Positions 37,062 to 47,259 of a stretch of 64,000 bases of DNA are shown here, in pieces. The position numbers and the translations under genes are program-made. Where the stretch lies: the IMG/VR virus record IMGVR_UViG_2531839524_000004; one strand, 5' to 3'. The stretch comes from a virus (taxonomy: Duplodnaviria > Heunggongvirae > Uroviricota > Caudoviricetes). Within the stretch, counting starts at the first letter, position 1, and each line of letters opens with the position of its first letter. Under the pieces are notes generated by a model. It searched no databases. It saw only the letters and a program-made list of their open reading frames with translations, and had not been told where the DNA came from.

Positions 37062-37706
37062 ATGGATCTAAAACGCACGCGCTGGGTTCGTCGTCTTGAA
37101 GACGGCTCCTACACTATCGAATCAAATTCCAACCTGAATAAGCAGAAGTTGCTTTGTGACATCTGCGGTATAGCGGCGAAGTGCCCGATCTACGAAACCA
37201 GAATTAAACTTGATAAGGCTGGTGTGAATTTTCATTTAAACAGTTGCATCAGGTACGTTCCATTACTCGCATTTCGTAAACCGATCATCGGATTGGATGC
37301 TCCCTACTTCAACACACTCCGTTCAGGTGTGACGTGGCGAGATCGTTTATCACCAGACAAGCTGATTTGCCTCGTATCCGCAGACACAGGGAAAATCATC
37401 CGTTTTGGGAAAGTAGACAAGGTTTACTCAGGCCCAGTAGACGAAATGTTGCGGAAACACAGCCGGTTTAATCATCTCTGTATGGGTGGTGAGAAAATCG
37501 AGAAGGTAGAAGAAGTGATCCGCAAATCCTACGGACACTTTCTGACCAAAGATAGCCTGCTCACCGCAATCTACATCAGACATGTAAAACGTGAGTTCGA
37601 CCTCGAATACCACAGCGAAGAAGAGCTTAACCTTGTTGACCCACGTCCAAAAGCTGGCGTCATAAGCATAAACGCAGCGCGTAAAAAGCCCACTGACGCG
37701 CTGTAA
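37062..37706 (+). CDS. hypothetical protein
   Basis: 214 aa ORF. Confidence 0.5.
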   Translation: MDLKRTRWVRRLEDGSYTIESNSNLNKQKLLCDICGIAAKCPIYETRIKLDKAGVNFHLNSCIRYVPLLAFRKPIIGLDAPYFNTLRSGVTWRDRLSPDKLICLVSADTGKIIRFGKVDKVYSGPVDEMLRKHSRFNHLCMGGEKIEKVEEVIRKSYGHFLTKDSLLTAIYIRHVKREFDLEYHSEEELNLVDPRPKAGVISINAARKKPTDAL

Positions 37707-37960
37707 CCCTCCAGATCGTATATTGGCGTAGATAGAATCTACGCCTCCTCAAAATAGCTCTCATAGCGTTCTACAGTGATTCTGTCTTATTTTTAGTCAT
37801 ATAGACAAGCAAACTTGCGCCACAATAAATAGGTATATACTTACTTATAAATTTTGTATATTAAGGCGCTCGTTTCATTCCTAACATACCGTTATGCATA
37901 GTTGTTTACCTCATCATTGCTCTTAGAATTTGTATCAAAATAACCACAAAGGAAAAATAC

Positions 37961-39046
37961 ATGACTTTGCCATACGGCGTCATTTCTGACTGCCACTACC
38001 ACAAATGGGATGCGTTCTCCACGACGAACGCTGAGGGGCTTAACTCCAGACTTGAAATACAGTTGGAAGCAACGAAAGAAGCAGCCATCGCCATGAAGAA
38101 GGCCGGTTGTAAGTACATGTTGGTTGCCGGTGATACATTTCACGTCCGAGGAACTGTGTCCCCTTCTGTTTTGCATTACGTAACTGAAACGTACAAGTGG
38201 ATTATCAACGAGCTTGATCTGATAGTAGTAATGCTGGCCGGTAATCACGATCTTGAAACCAACGATTCAGTATATAGCGCCAACGCAGCAGCATCGCTGA
38301 GTTCTATCGGCGTGGTAATCGTATGTGGCAAGCGCCCACACTCAATAAAAATTGGTGATGTGACTGTCCACCTGATTAGCTGGCGTAACAATCATGCGGA
38401 GCTTATCAGCGATCTGAAAGCATTACGTAAGAGCGTAGAAGGTGATAATCATGACGTTGTTATCCATACATCCATTAACAAAGCCATTCCAACAATGCCT
38501 GACGTCGGTATCGATGCGCAGGAGTTAAAGGATATCGGCTTTCGTCTCGTGCTTAGTGGGCATTACCACAACCACAAAGAGGTCATTCCTGGAGTTATCA
38601 GTGTCGGTGCGCTGACCCATCAAAATTGGGGAGATGTTGGATCTCTGGCTGGTTACATGATCGTAAACCCGGACGGCAGTTTCAGTCACTACGAAACCAG
38701 TGCGCCTAAATTCATTAACCTGGAAGATTATGTTGCCGATGACCAAATTCGCGGCAACTACGTGCGTTTCCGCGCCGTAATCGAGAACGATGAAGAAGGC
38801 ATTAAGTACCAGAACATCCTTAAAACAATGGGTGCAAAAGGTGTTGTGTGCAACTTCATCCGTAAGTCATCAATGATGGAAGGGACAGCAAGCACAACGG
38901 AAACCAGCAAAATCGATAGCCTGGGAGAGTCGGTATCTGCTTATTGCAAGATTGTCCACGATACTGACGGCGGATTTGATCTGAGCAAGTTGGATATTTT
39001 GTGTCAGGAAATCCTCACCGAAGCGGAGAGTTCGGAGGCTGTGTGA
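37961..39046 (+). CDS. sbcD: SbcD/Mre11-like metallophosphoesterase nuclease
   Basis: Calcineurin-like motifs DCHYH, AGDTFH, GNHD; followed by SbcC-like gene. Confidence 0.75.
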   Translation: MTLPYGVISDCHYHKWDAFSTTNAEGLNSRLEIQLEATKEAAIAMKKAGCKYMLVAGDTFHVRGTVSPSVLHYVTETYKWIINELDLIVVMLAGNHDLETNDSVYSANAAASLSSIGVVIVCGKRPHSIKIGDVTVHLISWRNNHAELISDLKALRKSVEGDNHDVVIHTSINKAIPTMPDVGIDAQELKDIGFRLVLSGHYHNHKEVIPGVISVGALTHQNWGDVGSLAGYMIVNPDGSFSHYETSAPKFINLEDYVADDQIRGNYVRFRAVIENDEEGIKYQNILKTMGAKGVVCNFIRKSSMMEGTASTTETSKIDSLGESVSAYCKIVHDTDGGFDLSKLDILCQEILTEAESSEAV

Positions 39047-39275
39047 GGCAAAGTCGTTATGGGAGCTTTCGAGACTTTGCCATCACGATGAAAAGACTTG
39101 AACGAGGCCAGACGGTGATGTTTCACAAGCCCTACCCGCCACAAGGAAATCCCGTAGCGTTTTATCTTGGAAGGTTAACCAGAAAAGGCGTATTGAGGCG
39201 CAGATCCTTCCCGGCGCATACGGAGTTCAGATTGAAAGAAGGTCAAAAGCTAACACACGGTATCAAAGGTGTTAT

Positions 39276-41192
39276 ATGAAGTTTTTAAAGCTCCAGGTTG
39301 AGAATTTTATGGCTATCGCCAGCGCGGAGGTCGAGTTAGATCAGCGTGGTTTAGTGCTCATTCAGGGTGTTAATAGTGATGATAGTTCCGCATCAAGTAA
39401 TGGCTCTGGAAAGTCAACTCTAATGAATAGCCTGATGTGGTGTCTTTATGGCGAAACAGCTCATGGTGTGAAGGGGGACGATGTGTTGTCTACCGACCAT
39501 GAAAAGAACTGTCGTGTTGCAGTAACCATCGAGGATGAAGGCAAGAGATATGCGATCATTCGTCACCGTAAACACAAAGAGTTCAAAAATCGTCTTATCG
39601 TTCGTGGTGAAGACGGCGATATGACGAAAGGCAAAGATGCGCTGACGCAAGAGTTCGTCGAGCGTCTGATCGGTGCATCTAAAGAGGTTTTCATGGCTTC
39701 CATCTATGCGAGCCAAGAAGCTATGCCAGATTTACCTGGAATGTCCGACAAAAACCTCAAAACCATCGTAGAAGAAGCCGCTGGCGTTGACAGACTGACA
39801 CGCGCCTACGCTATTGCTCGTGAGCGAGCTAATGCAGCTGCCGCACGTATGGATGTGGTTAAAACCAAATTGGAGTCGACAATCTCGACCATTGAGGCAA
39901 CACAGTCAGAAATTGAGTCAGCGAAAGCCTCCTCTGAATCATGGGAGCAAGAGCGTTCTAAACGTTATGACGATGCCCTGGCTGGGCTGGCCAGTGCCGA
40001 AGTTGAGTTAACGGAAGTTGAACTTGAGATCCGCACTCTTCCCGAACAGATCCGTGATACCGAGAAGGCAATCGAAAGTGAGCGCAAAAAGTTAGCCTCA
40101 AAAGAAGAACATGACGCCAAGTTGCTCAAAGTTCGTGGTGCGATAACTGATATTCGGGCAAGCATCAAAGCTACAGAAAATAGTCAGGCTGATGCAATGA
40201 ACCGCGCGCGTAATTTTAAGACCAAAGCAGAAGAGGTTGGTACTAAAGTGGGATCACCATGCCCTACTTGTGGCAAAGCCTACTGCGAAGAAGATCTATC
40301 AACGGTGAAGGAGAATTTCATTGAACAAGCACGTCAGGAAATTGGTCAGGCGAAGACACTTGCAGAGGCAATGGCTAAACACAAAACGAATCTTGAGAAA
40401 GCGTTAAGCATTGAGTCTGCCCTTGTTAAAACGACACCTGATGTAACGGCTATCATTGCCCGGATTGAAGAGCTTACGAAACAACTCTCATCTTTGCGTC
40501 ATCGTGAGAAGGAGGTTGTTGCTATTGAGTCTCTTGTGACTCGTGCTCGTACTGAGGTCGATCGTATATCAAAAGAGATTAATCCGTTTATTGCTCTTAT
40601 CGCCAGACACGAAGATAACCTGGTATCCAGTAAGTCTACCTTCAAGTCCTTAAAAGATGAGTTGAAGGCTATTCAGGAACAAACGTTGCTATTGGAAAAA
40701 GCTCGTCAGGTCTACTCTCCTGCCGGGGTGCGTTCTCATATTTTGACGTCTGTTACGCCTTTCCTGAATACACGCACTGCCGAGTATCTCAATACGTTGT
40801 CTGACGGGAATATTACTGCTGAGTGGTCGACGATGGATGTCACTAAAAAAGGTGAGTATCGCGACAAATTCAACATTAGTGTGCAGAAGAAAGGTTCAAG
40901 TAAGTCGTTCCAGACCCTCTCTGGTGGTGAGAAGCGGAAGGTTCGCATTGCGTGTTCTTTGGCATTGCAGGATCTGGTTAGTAACCGGGCGAGTAAAAAC
41001 ATCGATTTGTTTATCGGCGACGAAATTGACGATGCACTCGATACAGCCGGTCTTGAACGCCTCATGGGTATTCTGGAGTCCAAAGCTCGCGAGCGAGGTA
41101 CTGTGCTGATTATCTCCCATAAAGAGATGAAGTCATGGTTCCGGGAAACTATTACGCTGGAAGTTAAAGAGGGGCGCAGCTATGTCGTTTAA
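39276..41192 (+). CDS. sbcC: SbcC/Rad50-like ATPase
   Basis: N-terminal Walker A NGSGKSTL, long coiled coil with CPTCG zinc hook, C-terminal signature and Walker B (LFIGDEIDDALD). Confidence 0.75.
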   Translation: MKFLKLQVENFMAIASAEVELDQRGLVLIQGVNSDDSSASSNGSGKSTLMNSLMWCLYGETAHGVKGDDVLSTDHEKNCRVAVTIEDEGKRYAIIRHRKHKEFKNRLIVRGEDGDMTKGKDALTQEFVERLIGASKEVFMASIYASQEAMPDLPGMSDKNLKTIVEEAAGVDRLTRAYAIARERANAAAARMDVVKTKLESTISTIEATQSEIESAKASSESWEQERSKRYDDALAGLASAEVELTEVELEIRTLPEQIRDTEKAIESERKKLASKEEHDAKLLKVRGAITDIRASIKATENSQADAMNRARNFKTKAEEVGTKVGSPCPTCGKAYCEEDLSTVKENFIEQARQEIGQAKTLAEAMAKHKTNLEKALSIESALVKTTPDVTAIIARIEELTKQLSSLRHREKEVVAIESLVTRARTEVDRISKEINPFIALIARHEDNLVSSKSTFKSLKDELKAIQEQTLLLEKARQVYSPAGVRSHILTSVTPFLNTRTAEYLNTLSDGNITAEWSTMDVTKKGEYRDKFNISVQKKGSSKSFQTLSGGEKRKVRIACSLALQDLVSNRASKNIDLFIGDEIDDALDTAGLERLMGILESKARERGTVLIISHKEMKSWFRETITLEVKEGRSYVV

Positions 41193-41925
41193 ATTAAGCC
41201 GCTCGCAGTTTTTGCAGGTATTTGCAGTGATGCAGTCGATAAAACTGATCAATGGGCATACTTCCAATGGTGCGGCTCCACGTATTCTGTGGGGCAGCAA
41301 CAATATTGACGGAGTACAATTCGCCGCGTTGCTTGGTCTAATATCCGAGACGCCATTGATGCAAAGTTTGAAATCACTACCACCTGGATGTATTGCGCCG
41401 ATCCTGATTAATCCTTTTGTTGAGGGGGGATATCTTCCCAACGTCGGGCCTGGGTTTATTGCATCCCATGAAACTGAAGATCTTAACATTAATAGCGAAG
41501 GGTTCTTTGGGGGAATGGGTGCGCATCACTGTATGGCTTTCACGAACCTTATTCGACTTGCCAATAAGCGGGTGGATAGTTTGGCATCGCCAGGTGATGC
41601 TTTTACTGGTTTCCTTATCCAAAGGAGGGATAAAAAGTACAGTGCGGACAAACTACAGTTTGTTGGTAAGTATGGAGAAATGGTAGAAATCGAACTTCAG
41701 CTCCCTCATGTTTTAGCAAACGATAGTGCAGACAGTCGGAGGCTGTTGGGCATCATGCGTCATTTCATAGCAAGTGGTGTTAAACATGCCGCAGATAAAC
41801 GTGTCACGCAGGAAAATGAGTATTCAGACTTTGCAAACTATCCCCAACCAACGTTGCAAACGGCAATAGTAGCCAATTCGTTGGAGGCGAGATTATTGGA
41901 AAACCCTATATGGGGAACATGGTAA
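41182..41925 (+). CDS. hypothetical protein
   Basis: 247 aa ORF overlapping sbcC stop. Confidence 0.5.
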   Translation: MSFKLSRSQFLQVFAVMQSIKLINGHTSNGAAPRILWGSNNIDGVQFAALLGLISETPLMQSLKSLPPGCIAPILINPFVEGGYLPNVGPGFIASHETEDLNINSEGFFGGMGAHHCMAFTNLIRLANKRVDSLASPGDAFTGFLIQRRDKKYSADKLQFVGKYGEMVEIELQLPHVLANDSADSRRLLGIMRHFIASGVKHAADKRVTQENEYSDFANYPQPTLQTAIVANSLEARLLENPIWGTW

Positions 41926-41934
41926 GGAGACTAT

Positions 41935-42504
41935 ATGAGTAAAAAAATCAGCGTAGTTGGTGTTGATCCCTCAATGAGCAACTTTGGGCTTGCTGTGGGC
42001 ACTTTAGACCTTGAGACGGACGAACTTGAGATTCACGGCCTTACTCTTGTTGAGACTAAAGCGGGGAGTAACAAAAAGACCGTTCGTGTGAACAGTGACG
42101 ATCTGCGCCGAGCCAGTGAAATATGGCGTGTTGCGAAGCCAATCATTGATAAGGCAAATATGGTTTTTTGTGAGCTACCGGTTGGGAGCCAAAACTCTCG
42201 TTCGCAGACGTCTTACGGTATTTGTATCGGTGTACTTGCGTGTGTGGATAAGCCATTGATCCAGGTTACTCCAAACGAAATCAAGCATTTTGTCGGCAAT
42301 AAACTTACTACATCGAAAGAAGAGATTATCCAGTGGGCTACGAAAAAACACCCTAAAGCACCGTGGCTGCGTCGTAAGCAATCTGGACAGGATGTTCTCG
42401 TGAACAAAAACGAACATTTGGCTGATGCGGTGGCTGCCATCCATACCGGTATGCAAACAGATCAGTTCCGCCAGGTGCGCGATGTTCTTAAGTCTCTCAT
42501 TTGA
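41935..42504 (+). CDS. RuvC-like Holliday junction resolvase
   Basis: VVGVDPSMSNFGLAV N-terminal motif, acidic FCELPV, C-terminal ADAVAAIHTG resembling RuvC catalytic motifs. Confidence 0.6.
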   Translation: MSKKISVVGVDPSMSNFGLAVGTLDLETDELEIHGLTLVETKAGSNKKTVRVNSDDLRRASEIWRVAKPIIDKANMVFCELPVGSQNSRSQTSYGICIGVLACVDKPLIQVTPNEIKHFVGNKLTTSKEEIIQWATKKHPKAPWLRRKQSGQDVLVNKNEHLADAVAAIHTGMQTDQFRQVRDVLKSLI

Positions 42505-42538
42505 TTTCATTGATAGGTAAGTGCTTATCTATTAACAT

Positions 42539-42569
42539 GGGCCACTATATTTAGTGGCCCTCTTTATTT
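42539..42569 (+). terminator. rho-independent terminator
   Basis: GGGCCACTA-tatt-TAGTGGCCC followed by T-rich run. Confidence 0.65.
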
Positions 42570-42577
42570 GGTGATAC

Positions 42578-44893
42578 ATGATAAGCATCGTAAAACGTAA
42601 CGGCCAAACAGAGCCGTTATCCGAAGAAAAATACAACCGCGTCGTAATGTATGGCGTAGAAGGCATTCGTGGTGTAAGCGCATCCGCTGTAGCAATGGGA
42701 GCTGCGGCCAGCATTTTTGATGGGATGACCACCAGCCAGTTGCATGAGGCTTTGGTTAAATCTGCCGCTGATTTGATCTCACCAGAAGCACCAAATTACT
42801 CACAGGTGGCTGCCCGCCTGAACATTTTTAAAATCCGCAAAGATGCCTTCGGTCGTTACGACTATCCGAACTTCTACCAACACATTGTCAAGAACGTTAA
42901 CAAGGGCGTTTATGACAAGGATTTGCTGACACATTATTCGTTTGAAGAGATCGAAGAACTCGGCAATTACATTAAGCCGAAACGTGACGATCTTTTTGGC
43001 TATGCAGCTACGGTGCAGTTGCAAAGCAAATACCTCGTTCAAAACCGTGTTACTGGTGAGATTCATGAGGGGCCGCAACATATCTATATGCTGGTAGGCA
43101 TGTGTCTGTTCCAGAATTGGGAAGACGACTGCGCTGGCAAAACACGTATGGAGATGGTCAAAGGTTTCTATGACGTTACAAGTACGTTCAAACTGTCTCT
43201 GCCCACACCAATCATGGCCGGCGTCCGTACTCCAACCCGTCAGTTCTCCAGTTGTGTGCTGATTGAGTCTGGCGATAGTCTGAAAGGGATTAGTGCAGCT
43301 TCAGCCGCAATTATCGACTACGTTTCACGTCGTGCTGGAATTGGTATTGGTTTTGGCCGTATCCGTGCGCTGGGCAGCGAGATCCGCAATGGTGAAGCCA
43401 CCCATACCGGAGTTATTCCATTCCTGAAGCATTTCCAGACGGCTGTTAAATCTTGTTCGCAAGGTGGTGTTCGTGGTGGCGCAGCAACAGCGTTTTACCC
43501 GATCTGGCATCTTGAAGTTGAAAGTCTGCTGGTGGTGAAAAATAACCGTGGTATTGATGAAAACCGCGTTCGCCATCTTGATTACGGCGTCATGAGTAAC
43601 CGTCTAATGTACCGTCGACTCGTCAGAAGCGAGAACATCACTCTGTTCAGCCCGCATGATGTGCCTGATATGTACGAAGCCTTCTTCACAGACCAGGAGC
43701 TGTTTGAAAAGCTGTACCATAAATACGAAGCCGATGATTCAATTCGCAAGAAGTCAGTACCTGCCATTGAGCTGTTCTCATCTCTGATGCAGGAACGAGC
43801 GTCCACGGGCCGAATTTATATTGCGAACGTCGATCATATTAATGAGCATGGCGCTTTCATTCCTGCTCTTGCACCTGTCCGCCAGTCAAACCTGTGCATG
43901 GAGATCACTCTACCCACTCGTCCACTGGCATTTACCGACGACCCGAACGGTGAGATCGCGCTATGCACTTTATCCGCTTTTAACCTCGGAGCCATCCGTT
44001 CACTGGAGTCTCTTAAAGAGGTGGCGTTCTATGCCGTTGCTGCACTGGATTCGTTACTGGATTATCAAGACTATCCGATGGAGGCAGCCGAAGTGCCTGC
44101 CAAAGCTCGTCGTAGCTTGGGAATTGGTGTAACCAACTTTGCTTATTACCTGGCAAAGAATGGCGTTCGTTATTCTGATACCGCTGGCAATAAACTGGTG
44201 CATGAAACGTTCGAAGCTATCCAGTATTACCTTCTTGATGCCAGCTGCCGACTTGCTGAAGCAAAAGGTGAGTGTGACTGGTTTGAGCAGACCAAATACG
44301 CAATTGGTCAGTTGCCGATCGACCATTACCGTTCTTCATTAGACGAAAGTGGCGAAACCAACTTTGAGTTAAAGATGCCGTGGGAAGAACTGCGTGAACG
44401 TATTGCAAAATACGGCCTTCGCAACTCCACACTGACGGCACAAATGCCATGCGAGACTTCCAGCCAGATCACTAATTCCACCAACGGCATCGAACCGCCT
44501 CGTGGCCCGGTGTCAGTGAAATCTTCTAAGGACGGCATCGTCAAGATGGTCGTGCCTGAGTTTGAAAAACTGAAGGAACAGTATGAATACCTGTGGGATA
44601 TGCCGGACAACCGCGGCTATCTGACAAAGGTGGCGATCATCCAGAAGTTCTTTGACCAGGCTATTTCGGCCAATACCAACTATGACCCTTCTCGCTTTGA
44701 AGGCGATAAAGTCCCAATGATGACGCTACTGTCAGATTTGCTTCTCGCCTACAAGATGGGAGTTAAAACGCTTTACTACCACAACACCAGAGATGGTGCA
44801 GGAAAGCGTGATGACGACGAACCGCAGAATCCACTGGCGCAAGCTGTAGCCGTCGAGCCAGAAGATGAGTGCGACGGAGCCTGCAAAATCTGA
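42578..44893 (+). CDS. nrdA: ribonucleotide reductase class Ia alpha subunit
   Basis: 771 aa; long identical stretches to enterobacterial NrdA (e.g. LVQNRVTGEI, SLPTPIMAGVRTPTRQFSSCVLIE, PVRQSNLCMEI); C-terminal CDGACKI. Confidence 0.9.
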   Translation: MISIVKRNGQTEPLSEEKYNRVVMYGVEGIRGVSASAVAMGAAASIFDGMTTSQLHEALVKSAADLISPEAPNYSQVAARLNIFKIRKDAFGRYDYPNFYQHIVKNVNKGVYDKDLLTHYSFEEIEELGNYIKPKRDDLFGYAATVQLQSKYLVQNRVTGEIHEGPQHIYMLVGMCLFQNWEDDCAGKTRMEMVKGFYDVTSTFKLSLPTPIMAGVRTPTRQFSSCVLIESGDSLKGISAASAAIIDYVSRRAGIGIGFGRIRALGSEIRNGEATHTGVIPFLKHFQTAVKSCSQGGVRGGAATAFYPIWHLEVESLLVVKNNRGIDENRVRHLDYGVMSNRLMYRRLVRSENITLFSPHDVPDMYEAFFTDQELFEKLYHKYEADDSIRKKSVPAIELFSSLMQERASTGRIYIANVDHINEHGAFIPALAPVRQSNLCMEITLPTRPLAFTDDPNGEIALCTLSAFNLGAIRSLESLKEVAFYAVAALDSLLDYQDYPMEAAEVPAKARRSLGIGVTNFAYYLAKNGVRYSDTAGNKLVHETFEAIQYYLLDASCRLAEAKGECDWFEQTKYAIGQLPIDHYRSSLDESGETNFELKMPWEELRERIAKYGLRNSTLTAQMPCETSSQITNSTNGIEPPRGPVSVKSSKDGIVKMVVPEFEKLKEQYEYLWDMPDNRGYLTKVAIIQKFFDQAISANTNYDPSRFEGDKVPMMTLLSDLLLAYKMGVKTLYYHNTRDGAGKRDDDEPQNPLAQAVAVEPEDECDGACKI

Positions 44894-44898
44894 CATAT

Positions 44899-44930
44899 GG
44901 TGGGGGATATCCCCACCTTCTCTTTGATTT
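44899..44930 (+). terminator. rho-independent terminator
   Basis: GGTGGGGGATATCCCCACC hairpin followed by TTCTCTTTGATTT. Confidence 0.65.
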
Positions 44931-44999
44931 GTAAGCCTTGTTTAAACACATAAGATAACAACTTGTTTAAACGCACCAAAAAAGAAAAAGGAAAAACAC

Positions 45000-46142
45000 A
45001 TGTCATATTCAACGTTCCGTTTGGGTGCTAATGATGCAACCAAAGAGCCTATGTTCCTCGGACAATCTGTCAACGTGGCACGTTACGATCAGCAAAAATA
45101 CCGTGATTTTGAAAAGTTGATTGAACGTCAATTGTCTTTCTTCTGGCGGCCGGAAGAAGTTGATATTTCGAGCGATCGTATCGACTTCAACACGAAGCTG
45201 CGGGACCACGAACGTCACATTTTTCTGAGCAATCTCCGTTATCAAACGTTACTCGATTCAGTTCAGGGACGTAGTCCAAATGCAACGCTGCTGCCGCTTA
45301 TCTCTATTCCTGAACTGGAAACGTGGGTTGAAACGTGGTCTTTCTCTGAGACTATCCATAGCCGCAGCTACACCCACATTATTCGTGGCATGGTGGACGA
45401 TCCGAGCATTGTTTTTGACGGTATTGTTACGGATGAAGAAATCATCAACCGAGCGATCAGTATCTCTGCTGAATATGACAGGCTTTATGGGATGACCTGC
45501 GAGCGCCAGTCGTTAGGTGAGAAGGAATTTGAGCGTCTGTACGTAAATGAATATGGCTGGGAGCCATACCCTTTGCATCGTCAGCTTTTCCGCACGTTGG
45601 TGTCCATTAATGCGCTTGAGGCGATCCGTTTCTACGTAAGTTTTGCATGTACGTTTGCCTTTGGTGAACGGAAGTTGCTTGAGGGTAACACCAAAATTAT
45701 GCGCTTTATTGCCCGTGATGAAGCTCTGCATTGCGAAGGAACTGAACGCATGATCCGCTTCATGCGTACCGGTCGCGAAGGTTTATTGTGGAAAGAGATT
45801 GCTGCTGATGAAGAAAACGTCATTTACGACACCATGAAATCAGTCGCCGAACAAGAAATGAACTGGGCAGACTATCTCTTCAAAGACGGTTCGATGATTG
45901 GTTTAAACGCGGATATTCTCAAAACCTATGTAAAATACCGCACCAATCTGGCTATGAATCGTCTTGGCCTGAAGGCTTTATTTCCAGAAGTTACCACAGA
46001 TCCGCTGGTCTGGATGAACAAGTGGTTGTTAACCGACACACTGCAAATTGCACCACAAGAGGCAGAGCAAAGCACATATCTGGTAGGTCAGATCGATTCT
46101 ACCGTGGATAAGGCTTCTCTAAGCCAGTTTGCAGACCTGTAA
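45000..46142 (+). CDS. nrdB: ribonucleotide reductase class Ia beta subunit
   Basis: 380 aa; near-identity to enterobacterial NrdB in blocks such as FFWRPEEVD and [33 protein letters not shown]. Confidence 0.9.
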   Translation: MSYSTFRLGANDATKEPMFLGQSVNVARYDQQKYRDFEKLIERQLSFFWRPEEVDISSDRIDFNTKLRDHERHIFLSNLRYQTLLDSVQGRSPNATLLPLISIPELETWVETWSFSETIHSRSYTHIIRGMVDDPSIVFDGIVTDEEIINRAISISAEYDRLYGMTCERQSLGEKEFERLYVNEYGWEPYPLHRQLFRTLVSINALEAIRFYVSFACTFAFGERKLLEGNTKIMRFIARDEALHCEGTERMIRFMRTGREGLLWKEIAADEENVIYDTMKSVAEQEMNWADYLFKDGSMIGLNADILKTYVKYRTNLAMNRLGLKALFPEVTTDPLVWMNKWLLTDTLQIAPQEAEQSTYLVGQIDSTVDKASLSQFADL

Positions 46143-46219
46143 ACCGATACAAAGCATTATGTGGCCTGGCAACGCTGGGCCACAATGGATCACAAGAATT
46201 AAGAAGGAACAAAACTAGC

Positions 46220-47089
46220 ATGAACTTTACCAAACTGACTGACCCCCTGAAACTTGCCACCGATCGTCTCATTGGATTTAAGCCAGAACCATATGAGTTG
46301 CATGAAGGTCATGGTGTAGCTACTGAAAGTATTTACAAGATGGTCGATCAGTTTCATGAACTCTTCCAGCATCCGAGACGCGTTATGCCGACACCAGAGC
46401 TGCTTCGTCTCCGTGCAAGCCTGATTCATGAAGAAGCTGTAGTGGAAGGTATTCCAGCCGCAATGAATGGGGATATTGAGCAACTGCTGGATGCAATGGC
46501 CGACTTTTTATACGTTGGTGTTGGTACGATGGTCGCCATCAAAGGTGGTATTTCTACCGGCATGACCTATTACACGCAGGAACAGAGCATTGATCGCTTT
46601 ATGCAGACAATTTTTGTGCCCGGTAACACTGTTTTCGATGATATGGCAATGCCATTTCAGGAAGCTCGTGAGGCGTCATATATGCTCGAAGAGCTGGCAG
46701 ATAAACTTGAGAACAAGACTGTTAAGGATTCTGAGCTGATTCAGGAACTGCGCCGTGTCATGAACAAAATCTATGTGGCGTGCATGATGACCTATCGACT
46801 GGCTGATTTCCTCGGTATCAATGTAGTCGAGCTGGTTGGCGAAATTCATCGGTCTAACATGACAAAATTATGGCCTGCTGATGTCGAGGAACGTCGCCAG
46901 GCTGTGGCCAACTGCAAATACGACTCTTCAGACCTGGGATTTCGCCATGCTGATGGTACCGATAAGATGATCGGTTTTCGAATTTCCGATGGAAAGATTC
47001 TGAAGTCTCCAACCTATAGTGATGTCGATTTATCCTCCTTTGTTGAGCAAGCTAAAGCCTCAGCAATGTACGGAATGATCAAAAAATAA
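46220..47089 (+). CDS. putative MazG-like nucleoside triphosphate pyrophosphohydrolase
   Basis: All-alpha candidate with acidic EEAVVEG...DIEQLLDAMADFLY pattern reminiscent of MazG/HisE; weak, by eye. Confidence 0.35.
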   Translation: MNFTKLTDPLKLATDRLIGFKPEPYELHEGHGVATESIYKMVDQFHELFQHPRRVMPTPELLRLRASLIHEEAVVEGIPAAMNGDIEQLLDAMADFLYVGVGTMVAIKGGISTGMTYYTQEQSIDRFMQTIFVPGNTVFDDMAMPFQEAREASYMLEELADKLENKTVKDSELIQELRRVMNKIYVACMMTYRLADFLGINVVELVGEIHRSNMTKLWPADVEERRQAVANCKYDSSDLGFRHADGTDKMIGFRISDGKILKSPTYSDVDLSSFVEQAKASAMYGMIKK

Positions 47090-47156
47090 TTGTAGGTAGT
47101 TATCTATCTATGTATATTGTGTTAGCGCGTTAAATTCCTGAAACAACTATTCGTTT

Positions 47157-47182
47157 TGGTGGCCTATGGCCACCATTTTTTT
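47157..47182 (+). terminator. rho-independent terminator
   Basis: TGGTGGCC-tat-GGCCACCA followed by TTTTTTT. Confidence 0.75.
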
Positions 47183-47259
47183 ATCTATCTGGCCTTGTTC
47201 CCTCAATAAATGTAAACTCACGCAATGAATAAGTGATTACTTATCTTTGTGAGGTTTTT

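Noticed and set aside
39088-39279. Small ORF in the sbcD-sbcC intergenic gap
   Set aside because: No Shine-Dalgarno sequence, basic low-complexity translation, and the longer track ORF overlaps the sbcD 3' end; possibly real but unsupported.
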